Assembly: GCA_019358915.1 (NCBI GenBank)
Contig: JAHHIM010000024.1
Location: forward strand, 10,202-74,201
Origin: Trichormus sp. ATA11-4-KO1
Lineage (GTDB): Bacteria > Cyanobacteriota > Cyanobacteriia > Cyanobacteriales > Nostocaceae
DNA: 64,000 nucleotides
Direction of reading: 5' to 3'
The position numbers and the translations under genes were made by a program. Positions 10,297 through 18,937 of the stretch are shown here, in pieces. Numbering within the stretch: the first letter of the stretch is position 1; every line of letters starts with the position of its first letter. A model generated the notes under the pieces. The model did no database searches. It had not been told where the DNA came from and saw only the letters and a program-made list of their open reading frames with translations.

Positions 10297-12624
10297 ATGG
10301 CAGAAGAACCTACATCTACCTTAACCAAAAAATATGTTTCTGCTGCCAATATAACGTCAAGTAAACCGACAAAAGTGACTGTGACAGCATCACGCCAGTC
10401 ACTGCTAATGGCTCGCTTAGGTCATTTGCTAACTGGTGCTTCCGCAGTAGGTGCAGCATTGCTAACTATCTCTGGTTTGGGTTGGGTTCAATTGATGGAA
10501 AGTCAAACGCTTTCCACATTTTTTCAACTGCGTGGGCCGATAACACCTCCGGAAAATATCGTAATTTTGGCAATTGATGATCAATCAATATCAGTTCCCG
10601 AACAGTACTATAAAACAGATCCGCAACAGTATGCCTACTTAGAACCACTTAAGTCTTTTCCTTTTAAACGCGCTGCATACGGTAAAATAATTGAAAAGTT
10701 GACTAAGGCTGGTGTACGTTCCATAGCACTGGATGTAGTTTTTGATTTGCCTAGTATTTACGGAATTGCTGACGATCGCCAATTCCAGGCAGCATTACAA
10801 AAATACGGCAGTAAAGTTACCTTAGCCGCACTCTACGAAAATTTTGCAACGCACCAAGGCACCTTTATGCAACTGAGGCTACCCCAGGAGATGTTGCACA
10901 CAGGTTCGGTGTCAATGGGTACGGTGAATTTTCCTTTAGAGGTAGATGGCAAGGTTCACCGATTAGCTAGCGAATTTTCTCAATTAGTAGCCGCAGATCA
11001 TAACCTCTCCGTGACAGTCCGTGACTTTGATCAAGCAGTGTTGCAGACGGCGCAAATTAATTATCCCCAGCCAAAAGGCGATCGCATTCATTTTTGGGGG
11101 CCGAGTGGGACATTTGAGACAATTCCCTTATGGCATGTGCTTGACCCAGCAAACTGGGATACTTATTTACAACAGGGAAAAATATTCCAAGATAAAATTG
11201 TCATCATTGGGGCAACAGCCCAGTTAGGCAATGATTGGCATGGTGTAGCAGTTGCTAATACACCTGAAAAGATGTCAGGAGTGGAAATTCACGCCAATGC
11301 GATCGCCACTTTAATGACAGGGAAAGCAATTAGTCAAGCAATTAAAAGTCCACCTCTGCAAAGTTTGTTTGTACTGCTGCTAGTGGGTAGCACAGTATTA
11401 ATTATTACTAGAAGTAAGCGGGGAATTACTAGATTCATCTCTAGCTTAGCCTTAGCTACTATTTGGGGCGGAATTAGCTATGTGATTTTTGTTTCTAGTC
11501 AATTAATTTTGCCGACTGCCATACCCATGATCGCGATCGCCTTTAATGGGTTATCTTATTTAGGAACCGAAGTCGCCAGAGAAAAACTCAGAACCCGCCA
11601 ACTAGTAACTATTTTTCAGAGATATAAAACTTCTCCCGTAGTCCAAGAGATTATCAGCCAACAAAACGACCTGCAAGATTTACTTCAGCAAAGAGATTTG
11701 GCAGTCACCGGAAAAATCTTGGCTGGACGCTACAAAATTGTTAAAGTTCTTGGTTCCGGTGGATTTAGCGAAACCTACATTGCCGAAGATATCCAACGTC
11801 CGGGAAATCCCAGATGTGTTGTCAAGCAACTCAAACCAGCCAACACTCAATCAAAAGGGTTAGAACTTGCCAGACGTTTATTTAACTCAGAGGCGCAAAC
11901 ACTAGAAAAATTAGGAAAGCACCACCAAATTCCTCAACTTCTAGCTTATTTTGAACAAGATGAAGAATTTTATTTAGTGCAAGAGTATATAGTCGGTCAT
12001 CCTCTCAATCAAGAACTGCGATCGGGCAGAGCTACTGAAGAAATTGCAGTTATCAATATTGTACAGGACTTGTTGCAAATATTAATATTTGTTCATGAAA
12101 ACGGTGTGATTCACCGGGACATTAAACCCAACAACATTATCCGGCGACACTCAGACCGCAAGCTGGTATTAATTGACTTTGGCGCTGTGAAAGAAGTCTC
12201 CACATTGCCTTTTGACAGTCCAGAGCAAAGCCCCTTCACTATTGGTATTGGAACTAAAGGTTATGCACCAAGCGAACAATGTTTTGGCCGTCCCCAATAC
12301 AACAGTGATATCTATGCAGTGGGGATGATTGCGATTAAAGCTTTAACTGGTATCTCACCCCACGAGTTTGATAGAGATGCTCATGGAGAGTTGGCATGGA
12401 GTGAAAAAGCATTAGTAAGTCAATCTTTGGTAAATATTCTCAATAAAATGGTAATGGATGATACCAAACAGCGCTATCAGTCTGCATCAGAGGTTCTCAA
12501 GGATATCAACGAGTTAATAGATTCGCAAAACAGCAACTCTGCACTACAAAATGACTCATCTTCAGAAGCATCAGAAACTATCACACAACTTTGGCAAGAA
12601 TCATCTTCAGACACCACCATTTAA
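10297..12624 (+). CDS. CHASE2-domain membrane Ser/Thr protein kinase
   Basis: IVILAIDD...DVVFD...MSGVEIHANAIA (CHASE2), TM helices, LGSGGFSETY, HRDIKPNN and DFG. Confidence 0.92.
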   Translation: MAEEPTSTLTKKYVSAANITSSKPTKVTVTASRQSLLMARLGHLLTGASAVGAALLTISGLGWVQLMESQTLSTFFQLRGPITPPENIVILAIDDQSISVPEQYYKTDPQQYAYLEPLKSFPFKRAAYGKIIEKLTKAGVRSIALDVVFDLPSIYGIADDRQFQAALQKYGSKVTLAALYENFATHQGTFMQLRLPQEMLHTGSVSMGTVNFPLEVDGKVHRLASEFSQLVAADHNLSVTVRDFDQAVLQTAQINYPQPKGDRIHFWGPSGTFETIPLWHVLDPANWDTYLQQGKIFQDKIVIIGATAQLGNDWHGVAVANTPEKMSGVEIHANAIATLMTGKAISQAIKSPPLQSLFVLLLVGSTVLIITRSKRGITRFISSLALATIWGGISYVIFVSSQLILPTAIPMIAIAFNGLSYLGTEVAREKLRTRQLVTIFQRYKTSPVVQEIISQQNDLQDLLQQRDLAVTGKILAGRYKIVKVLGSGGFSETYIAEDIQRPGNPRCVVKQLKPANTQSKGLELARRLFNSEAQTLEKLGKHHQIPQLLAYFEQDEEFYLVQEYIVGHPLNQELRSGRATEEIAVINIVQDLLQILIFVHENGVIHRDIKPNNIIRRHSDRKLVLIDFGAVKEVSTLPFDSPEQSPFTIGIGTKGYAPSEQCFGRPQYNSDIYAVGMIAIKALTGISPHEFDRDAHGELAWSEKALVSQSLVNILNKMVMDDTKQRYQSASEVLKDINELIDSQNSNSALQNDSSSEASETITQLWQESSSDTTI

Positions 12625-12627
12625 TCG

Positions 12628-12715
12628 GCGGTTGCTGAACAAGATTTCAAACTCTTACTCTCTGCGCCTCTGCGCCTTTGCGTGAAACAAATTCATATTC
12701 TCAATCAGCAACGCC
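12628..12715. repeat. MITE-like inverted-repeat element (GTTGCTGA...TCAGCAAC) with internal CTCTGCGC repeats
   Basis: Inverted ends; related ends at about 1165-1176 and 17767-17930. Confidence 0.55.
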
Positions 12716-12717
12716 AT

Positions 12718-14064
12718 TTAATCTATCGATAAAAAATCTTCAGATGTGGTGGGATGAATGCCTATGGTTTCATGCAAATCTTTCTTGGTAATTCCCTTAC
12801 GAATTGCCACCCCTAAAGTTTGAATAATTTCGGCTGCATCTCCACCTAGCATATGAGCACCCAAAACTTGTTGAGAATCTTCATTTACTACTAACTTCAT
12901 CATCACTGCCTCATCTTGTTCGGTTAACTGATAAAACAATGGTTGAAAACGAGTGCAGTAACATTTCACAGATGCACCAAATTTTTCCCGTGCTTTAGCT
13001 TCTGTCATTCCTACACCAGCACCTTCGGGACGGGAAAACACAGCAGAAGGCACATAATCATAATTTACTTTTTGTGGCTGGTTGCCAAAAACCGTATGAG
13101 CAACGGCAATACCTTCAGCCTTCGCAACTGGAGTTAATTGCACACGGTTGATGCAGTCACCCACAGCATAAATATTTTTTTGGGTAGTGCAGCAGTATTC
13201 ATCTACTTTGATTTCACCCTGCTTACCAAGTGCAACTTGGGCTGTTTCTAAACCCAGATTTTGAGTATTGGGGGTGTAACCTGTGGCTACAAGAATGGTA
13301 TCTGCGGCAATAGTTTCTGAACAATCGCCAGTAGTCTTCAACAGTAAACCATCATCTAAGAGTGTAATTGCTTGAGCAGTGCTGTTAGTTAAAACCCGAA
13401 TTCCTCGTTTGCTTAAACCTCGTTGCACGCCAGAGCGGATTTCGTCATCAAATCCTGATAACATCATCTCATCTGTTTCGATTACTGTGACTTCGCAACC
13501 TAAAGCCTGCATCATGCTAGAAAATTCTGCCCCGATGTAGCCACCCCCAATAATTGCCAACCGTTTTGGCAAATAAGGTAAGTGAAATACCTCACGGGAT
13601 GTAATGGCATATTCTATTCCGGGAATGCTGGGCTTTTTAGCACGTCCACCCACAGCAATTAAAATTTTATCAGCTGTAACTTTGTGTCCACCTACATCTA
13701 GGGTATGGGCATCGCTGAGTACAGCGTGTTCTTTAATTATTTCAATTCCGGCGTTTTGTAACTGCTCACAATAAGAGTAGTGAATGTGTTCTAAATGTCG
13801 GTGTACGGACTTCATAAATAGTGTCCAGTCAAAGTAGCGTTTACACTTACTCCAACCGTAGCAATGTGCTATTTCATTTTCTTGAGCAAAATCAGCTGCA
13901 TAGACAATCAATTTTTTGGGAACACAACCACGATTTACACAAGTACCACCAATAGCTTCCTGTTCAGCAACAGCAACACGGACACCGTAACTAGCTGCTT
14001 TTTTAGCTGCTGCCAACCCTCCAGGCCCAGCACCGATGACAAACAAGTCGTAATCAAATGTCAT
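12718..14064 (-). CDS. gor: Glutathione-disulfide reductase family flavoprotein
   Basis: YDLFVIGAGPGG, GGTCVNRGCVPKK redox disulfide, GGGYIG and C-terminal IGIHPTTSE. Confidence 0.85.
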   Translation of the reverse strand: MTFDYDLFVIGAGPGGLAAAKKAASYGVRVAVAEQEAIGGTCVNRGCVPKKLIVYAADFAQENEIAHCYGWSKCKRYFDWTLFMKSVHRHLEHIHYSYCEQLQNAGIEIIKEHAVLSDAHTLDVGGHKVTADKILIAVGGRAKKPSIPGIEYAITSREVFHLPYLPKRLAIIGGGYIGAEFSSMMQALGCEVTVIETDEMMLSGFDDEIRSGVQRGLSKRGIRVLTNSTAQAITLLDDGLLLKTTGDCSETIAADTILVATGYTPNTQNLGLETAQVALGKQGEIKVDEYCCTTQKNIYAVGDCINRVQLTPVAKAEGIAVAHTVFGNQPQKVNYDYVPSAVFSRPEGAGVGMTEAKAREKFGASVKCYCTRFQPLFYQLTEQDEAVMMKLVVNEDSQQVLGAHMLGGDAAEIIQTLGVAIRKGITKKDLHETIGIHPTTSEDFLSID

Positions 14065-14474
14065 AAAAATCTGTTCCTTTTTAAGTGTTTGCAAAGCAGC
14101 GCTATTTTATCTCTTATAGTTATTTAGCTAATATTTTATCTACTGTCTTTGGGTGGATCAAAATTACTGAAGGTTTAGATGTATAATCTGTCATTTATAC
14201 TCACTAATGACATATTTTCAACAAATTTATAACTTGAGTAGGATAGTTATCTGGCTAGCGACAGGTATCTTGAGGAAGGTTAAGCCGACATCTATTGTCT
14301 AGATGAGGTAGAGGGCAGCAAAACCCAGCATATACAAGATTTTGCAAAGTTGGGTTATCCTAAGATTTAGGCTAAATCTACTTGTCTCGATCCAATTTAT
14401 ATTTTTCGCGATCGCGTTTCCCGTTGTTATTACGTGATTTTACAGAAATTACTGTAGTGCAAGGATAAAAATTT

Positions 14475-15353
14475 ATGTATACAGTTCTGCAAAAAATGCG
14501 GAATAAGATTTTAAGGGAAATTGATGCCATACCATTTATACAGTATCAAGAAGAACTTGCTTATCAAGCAGCAGTAGAAAAACATATTATAAATTTACCT
14601 ATTCTTTCCAAGAATGACTTAAATTTAGTCGAAACAATTAACCATGAAGGAGTTGCAGTTACTTCATTAGCAGAATTGGGCATTCCATCTACTCTTGAGA
14701 TACTTAAAGCAGCAAAAGACCTGATGCCAAAAATCCCACCAAAGATTTCTGGTCATAAAAATGAGTTTGTTGTTCATGCTAATTCCCAGCAAATAATGCA
14801 GTATCCAGAAATTTTCTTGTGGGGTCTGGAACAACGTTTACTCAACATTATAGAGAATTATTTGGGTTTACCAGTAGCCTATAATGGGGTCTATTTCCGT
14901 AGAGACATTGCCAATCAAGTCGAGCAAACTTCTAGGCTGTGGCATGTAGACAGAGAAAATCAAAAAATATTGAAAATTATAATTTATTTAAATGATATTA
15001 ATGAGGATACAGGGCCATTTCAATATGTTACACAAACTTTAACTTCAAAAATTACCAAATCTTTAAAATATACATCTGGCTACATCCAAGCACAAACTAT
15101 GCAAGATGTTTTATCCGCAGAACATTATAAATCATGTACAGGACCCGCAGGCACTGTAATTTTTGCTGCTACTGGGAGCATTTTTCATCGCGGTAAGATA
15201 CCTATAGCTTCTGATAGGTTTGCTATATTTTTTGATTACAGTTCTAGAAGAAAAAGAAAAAGTTTTTATGGGACAAATTCTCTATCATATAAAGATTTGG
15301 TATTACTCACCAAAAATCTTCCAGAACAAAAAAAGCAGTGTGTTTTTTGTTAA
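14475..15353 (+). CDS. 2OG-Fe(II)/PhyH-like dioxygenase
   Basis: WHVD (HxD) ... IIYLND ... GPF ... GPAGTVIF ... FHRG facial-triad pattern. Confidence 0.7.
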   Translation: MYTVLQKMRNKILREIDAIPFIQYQEELAYQAAVEKHIINLPILSKNDLNLVETINHEGVAVTSLAELGIPSTLEILKAAKDLMPKIPPKISGHKNEFVVHANSQQIMQYPEIFLWGLEQRLLNIIENYLGLPVAYNGVYFRRDIANQVEQTSRLWHVDRENQKILKIIIYLNDINEDTGPFQYVTQTLTSKITKSLKYTSGYIQAQTMQDVLSAEHYKSCTGPAGTVIFAATGSIFHRGKIPIASDRFAIFFDYSSRRKRKSFYGTNSLSYKDLVLLTKNLPEQKKQCVFC

Positions 15354-15616
15354 GAAGGAACAATTGAAAATAATTTAGCAGCATTACATTTAGAAGAACG
15401 TCCTCTACGGGGAGAATCTAATATCGCTTTAAAGGTCGGACAAGTTCTTAACCGTTACAAAGTTGGGAAACATTTTAAAATTTATATTAAAGCTGATAGC
15501 TTTTCATTTGAAAGAGATATACAAAAAATCGCATCAGAAGCGGCTTTAGATGGCTCATACATCATTCGTACATCTGTAGCACCTAAAATTTTATCTGCTG
15601 AAGATACTGTCAAGAT
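15354..15616 (+). pseudogene. IS1634-family transposase internal fragment
   Basis: Startless frame translates RPLRGESNIALKVGQVLNRYKVGKHFKI...SFSFERD...IASEAALDGSYIIRTSV...LSAEDTV, which resembles IS1634 transposases. Confidence 0.75.
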
Positions 15617-15648
15617 GGTGCGTTGTTGCACCGCGCAACGCACCCTAC
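15617..15648 (-). repeat. REP-like palindrome (GTAG-GGTGCGTTG...CAACGCACC)
   Basis: GTAG tetranucleotide followed by a 9-bp stem; lies at the end of the transposase homology. Confidence 0.65.
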
Positions 15649-15680
15649 TGGCGTGGTAAGGCTTACTAGTTTTGCCAGCA

Positions 15681-16058
15681 TTACCAACCACGTACACCCA
15701 TTCTTTGACAAACAATTTGCATTGCTTTACCTGGTGAAGAAGCGGCTACAAAAGGGATTTCGCCAGTATTGCGCTCTTGTTGAATTATTTGTCCACTAGT
15801 CCCGTAAATAGTAATGTTATTTAAAAAAAGCCGAGATTCTTGGCACGATGCAGAGAACGTAGTCTCAAATATACCGTCTCCATACATTCCGTAAAGTTTG
15901 TATGTCGTGCCTTTAATAGTTTCTGTATCCAGGGCTATATGGTTTCCTACCTTATCATGCCCCACGGTGATATACCTTTCTGCATCTTGAGCATTTACTA
16001 TACTACTGCTCAACAAAACAGCGATCGCTCCCACTATACTGCCTAGTTTAAAAAACAT
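15681..16058 (-). CDS. Small secreted hypothetical protein
   Basis: Signal-peptide-like N-terminus (MFFKLGSIVGAIAVLLSSSIVNA), two Cys. Confidence 0.7.
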   Translation of the reverse strand: MFFKLGSIVGAIAVLLSSSIVNAQDAERYITVGHDKVGNHIALDTETIKGTTYKLYGMYGDGIFETTFSASCQESRLFLNNITIYGTSGQIIQQERNTGEIPFVAASSPGKAMQIVCQRMGVRGW

Positions 16059-16296
16059 GAGTTTGCAAGTCTAAGATTTACATCTTTTTAGCCTTAATCA
16101 AAACAGTTATGGCACGGTATAAGCACCGAATATTAGATGCATCTCTCACCTAAAGACCAAAATCAACTAGTATGAGAAGTCAAAGATAATGCACACAAAC
16201 TTTGAGGATTTTGGCAGGCGATCGCAGTTAAAGTTTTCGCTGTAACAAAATTTGTATACAAATACATTCAAACTAACAAGTTACTCACCTTTTATG

Positions 16297-16349
16297 AAAA
16301 AAGGCCTGGCTAAGCCAAGCCCTGATGTATACCAAGCATTTACTACACC
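16297..16349 (-). ncRNA. Putative sRNA, cassette 1
   Basis: GGTGTAGTAAATGCTTGGTATACATCA-GGGCTTGGC-TTA-GCCAGGCC-T6; -10 TAAATT at 16356-16361; box CACATCC-TTTA-GGAGGATG at 16382-16400; TSS inferred. Confidence 0.55.
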
Positions 16350-16444
16350 AAGATTAATTTAAAGCTTCTATTCCTTTAGTTCATCCTCCTAAAGGATGTG
16401 TGCAAACAGCCTGATAACTGATAATAAATGACTTGATTACTCAT

Positions 16445-16500
16445 AAAAAAAGGTTCGGTTGTGAACCAAACCTCAATAATTGTTGTGCTTAACAACGTAC
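16445..16500 (-). ncRNA. Putative sRNA, cassette 2
   Basis: GTACGTTGTTAAGCACAACAATTATTG-AGGTTTGGTT-CAC-AACCGAACCT-T6; -10 TAAATT at 16507-16512; box TACATCC-CAAA-GGAAGATG at 16533-16551. Confidence 0.55.
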
Positions 16501-16649
16501 TAAATTAATTTAAACCTACTATTTTCGCAGTTCATCTTCCTTTGGGATGTACCCAAATTTTTCGGAAACTGTTAAGTCATGATTTTGTTAAAATATTCAC
16601 TATTTCCTATTACGTAAAGTCAATATTTAAGCTGTATATCAAAAGAATG

Positions 16650-16702
16650 AAAAAGGCTTGGGCAAGAGCCAAGCCTTTATGTATACCAGGTGTTTACCAT
16701 AT
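16650..16702 (-). ncRNA. Putative sRNA, cassette 3
   Basis: ATATGGTAAACACCTGGTATACATA-AAGGCTTGG-CTCTTGC-CCAAGCCTT-TTT; -10 TAAATT at 16709-16714; box CACATCT-TTAA-GGCAGATG at 16735-16753. Confidence 0.55.
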
Positions 16703-16877
16703 CTAGATAATTTATCTGCAATTTGTTATTAATTCATCTGCCTTAAAGATGTGTACAAATATTCTCAAAGCTGATATGCAGCATCGCACATAACTAAATA
16801 AATCTCTATAAACCTATTCATACTTTGGTGAGATGTCATTTTGCTATAACCAATATCTCACGAGACTTAATTTACCC

Positions 16878-16934
16878 AAAAAGAAAACCCTGGCTTGATT
16901 TCCAGGGCATATATGTATTTTTCAAGCATTAATA
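16878..16934 (-). ncRNA. Putative sRNA, cassette 4 (most diverged)
   Basis: TATTAATGCTTGAAAAATACATATATG-CCCTGG-AAATCAAG-CCAGGG-TTTTCTTTTT; -10 TAATAT at 16941-16946; box ATCCTTC-TATA-GATAGGGG at 16967-16985. Confidence 0.4.
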
Positions 16935-17090
16935 GTCCGAATATTAACTGCACAAAAAGTTTGTTGCCCCTATCTATAGAAGGATATAAGATCAATACTA
17001 TTTATGCTAGTTCTAGAAATTTAATTTTTTGTCAATTAATTAAAAACCTTAATATGTAGTGCTACTTGTTGATTATTTCTCTTTTTTTAC

Positions 17091-17142
17091 AAAAGAGGCT
17101 TGGCTATTAGCCAAGCCTCTCTATACCAAGAGTTTACCATAC
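17091..17142 (-). ncRNA. Putative sRNA, cassette 5
   Basis: GTATGGTAAACTCTTGGTATAG-AGAGGCTTGGCT-AAT-AGCCAAGCCTCT-TTT; -10 TAAACT at 17149-17154; box CACAACC-TTTA-GATAGATG at 17175-17193. Confidence 0.55.
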
Positions 17143-17455
17143 CTGGTTAGTTTAAATATGCTATTACTTAAGTTCATCTATCTAAAGGTTGTGTCCAGAT
17201 ATTATAAAAGCTGCTAGGGGCTGATTCAGATTACTATAATCAATAAAAGCTAACTATCTACTAGATGTTTGATATAATACTAATTACAGAAAAAATTTTA
17301 TCTGTATAATTTATGTTTACTAAATAGAAAATTTAGTGATTTTATTGACTATATTGTTTTTGATAATACACATAAATTTAAAATATTAGATTTTTAATGA
17401 TACTAAAAGCAGAAAAATATAGTATATAATTTTAGAAGCTAAATTGATAACATAT

Positions 17456-17505
17456 AAAAAAGGCTTGGTTCACTGCCAAGCCTTAAGTAGAAGTAGAATC
17501 TATAC
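17456..17505 (-). ncRNA. Putative sRNA, cassette 6
   Basis: GTATAGATTCTACTTCTACTT-AAGGCTTGG-CAGTGAA-CCAAGCCTT-TTTT; -10 TAAATT at 17511-17516; box TACTCTC-TATT-GGATGATG at 17537-17555. Confidence 0.5.
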
Positions 17506-17593
17506 AGCATAATTTAGCTATTTAAGTTAAATGATTCATCATCCAATAGAGAGTATACAAATATTCTAGAAGCTGATACAGCAGTAACTCATG

Positions 17594-17647
17594 AAAAAGG
17601 TTTAGCTAAATGCTAAACCTCCATAGAAAGCAGTTATTCGACACACC
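17594..17647 (-). ncRNA. Putative sRNA, cassette 7
   Basis: GGTGTGTCGAATAACTGCTTTCTATGG-AGGTTTAGC-ATTTA-GCTAAACCT-TTTT; -10 TAAATT at 17654-17659; box CACATCC-GCTA-GGAAGATG at 17680-17698. Confidence 0.55.
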
Positions 17648-17898
17648 AAAATTAATTTAAACCTTCTATTTCTTGAGGTCATCTTCCTAGCGGATGTGTG
17701 CAAGTATGTTGCCATATGATATGTCATTAACTTGACAAACCTTGATAGGAAGTCGTGTTAAATTATGGCGCTGCTGAGTGCAAGGATGATTAATCTCACG
17801 CAGAGGAGCCACAACGTTGGGTAGGTTCCCCGACTTGTAGCAAGTGGCGATCGCACAAGTGCAGAGAATAAGATTCTTTATCTAAAATCTTAAAAAGC

Positions 17899-17988
17899 TA
17901 CTGGGTCTAGTTTCCACTTAACGCAACGCCTAGCTAACAGCAAAACTGTAAACCCGTCGTCAAATTAACACAAAAACTAGACCCAGTA
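17899..17988 (-). terminator. Long-loop inverted repeat just downstream of the cpc operon (possible 3' stabiliser or terminator)
   Basis: Perfect 15-bp arms TACTGGGTCTAGTTT (17899-17913) and AAACTAGACCCAGTA (17974-17988). Confidence 0.45.
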
Positions 17989-18016
17989 TAAAATGTAGTC
18001 AATCAGAGTTTAAATC

Positions 18017-18784
18017 TTAGCGTCTGCTACCACCACGGTAAGGCACTGCATTGAGATAATCAATATCAAATGCAGAAAGCTTTTGTGCGTAGTTACCGTT
18101 ACCACTAACTGATGCTGCCATATCCGCATACTTGCGAGGATCACCTTCAGCGAGGCGTTTTTCTTGGAATTTGCGGGTGTAGAATTTCTCCAAAGTAAAG
18201 CGCCAATCGGTTCGGACTGTACCCACTTTTTCTTGGAAGTCTTCGCCGTAGCGGGGAGTTACCAAGTTGTAGGGGCGACCTTCTAAACGCTTGCGTTGGT
18301 AGGGTACGGTGTTGTCACCAAAACTTTGGGTGTACTCGTCGCTATCCACTAGGGCATCAACGAAGCCGCCAAAACCTTTGGTAGCAATAACAATTGACCA
18401 AGCAATTTGTTCGTCTTTGTTGTAAGACGAACGTCCTAACAAACGCTTCAGGGTAATGTCTACTAAACGGTAGTTGTTGTTAACCGAAACTACCAAGCGA
18501 TAGAATGCTTCAGACTTAGCTAGACCTCGGATGAAGTCCCGTACTGATAATGAACCAGTTTTCAGTTGAGATTCCAGAGTCTTTTGGCGGTTGAACTTGA
18601 GAATTTCATGTTCGCTGAAAACTTGGCGATAAGCAGCCCAAGTTATGCTTTGAATATCAGTGTAGGAACTGACATCTTCCAGACGATAGATATAAGGTGT
18701 ATCTTCATTCTGGTCAGCTACGCCAAAGCTTTTGACTCGATGATTTTGACTACTGGGTTTGTATTGAAGTAATGGCAGTGCCAT
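18017..18784 (-). CDS. cpcG4: Phycobilisome rod-core linker CpcG (CpcG4-like)
   Basis: [41 protein letters not shown]; last gene of the cpc operon. Confidence 0.85.
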   Translation of the reverse strand: MALPLLQYKPSSQNHRVKSFGVADQNEDTPYIYRLEDVSSYTDIQSITWAAYRQVFSEHEILKFNRQKTLESQLKTGSLSVRDFIRGLAKSEAFYRLVVSVNNNYRLVDITLKRLLGRSSYNKDEQIAWSIVIATKGFGGFVDALVDSDEYTQSFGDNTVPYQRKRLEGRPYNLVTPRYGEDFQEKVGTVRTDWRFTLEKFYTRKFQEKRLAEGDPRKYADMAASVSGNGNYAQKLSAFDIDYLNAVPYRGGSRR

Positions 18785-18937
18785 GCTGCGTTCTTCCTCT
18801 TATTAACAAATTAAACAAAAAACTAGCTCTGAAAATGGAAGGAGGTTTGATTACTCAAAATTCTCATTCCGGCTTTACTTATTCTCCCGCATTTATGTTA
18901 GTAGCCGGAGCTGATTCCAAACCAATTTAGTATCAAT

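Larger units (their letters stand above)
16297..17698 (-). repeat. Array of seven degenerate direct-repeat cassettes (operator box-N20-(-10 box)-short RNA-terminator)
   Basis: Box 3' ends at 16382, 16533, 16735, 16967, 17175, 17537 and 17680; each is followed on the minus strand by exactly 20 nt, a TAN3T hexamer and, about 30-35 nt later, a hairpin with a T-run. Confidence 0.85.

Noticed and set aside
17221..17270. Possible eighth cassette (TAACTATCTACTAGATGTT resembles the box)
   Set aside because: No TAN3T hexamer at the 20-nt spacing and no hairpin with a T-run of its own
16297..17698. CRISPR array interpretation of the repeated cassettes
   Set aside because: The repeats are degenerate, spaced 143-362 nt apart, and each has its own promoter-like and terminator-like parts; there are no identical 23-47 nt repeats and no cas genes in the window
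16297..17698. Array of small peptide or RiPP precursor genes (GGA(A/G)GATG resembles RBS plus ATG)
   Set aside because: The purine run abuts the ATG with no spacer, and the frames are not conserved (MN* in cassette 1, 11 aa in cassette 2, 26 aa in cassette 7; no ATG in cassette 4)
16297..17698. Identification as the NsiR1 array
   Set aside because: No TCCGGA DIF1 motif in the cassettes, no hetF nearby, and irregular rather than uniform repeat length; a formal Rfam/BLAST check is still needed
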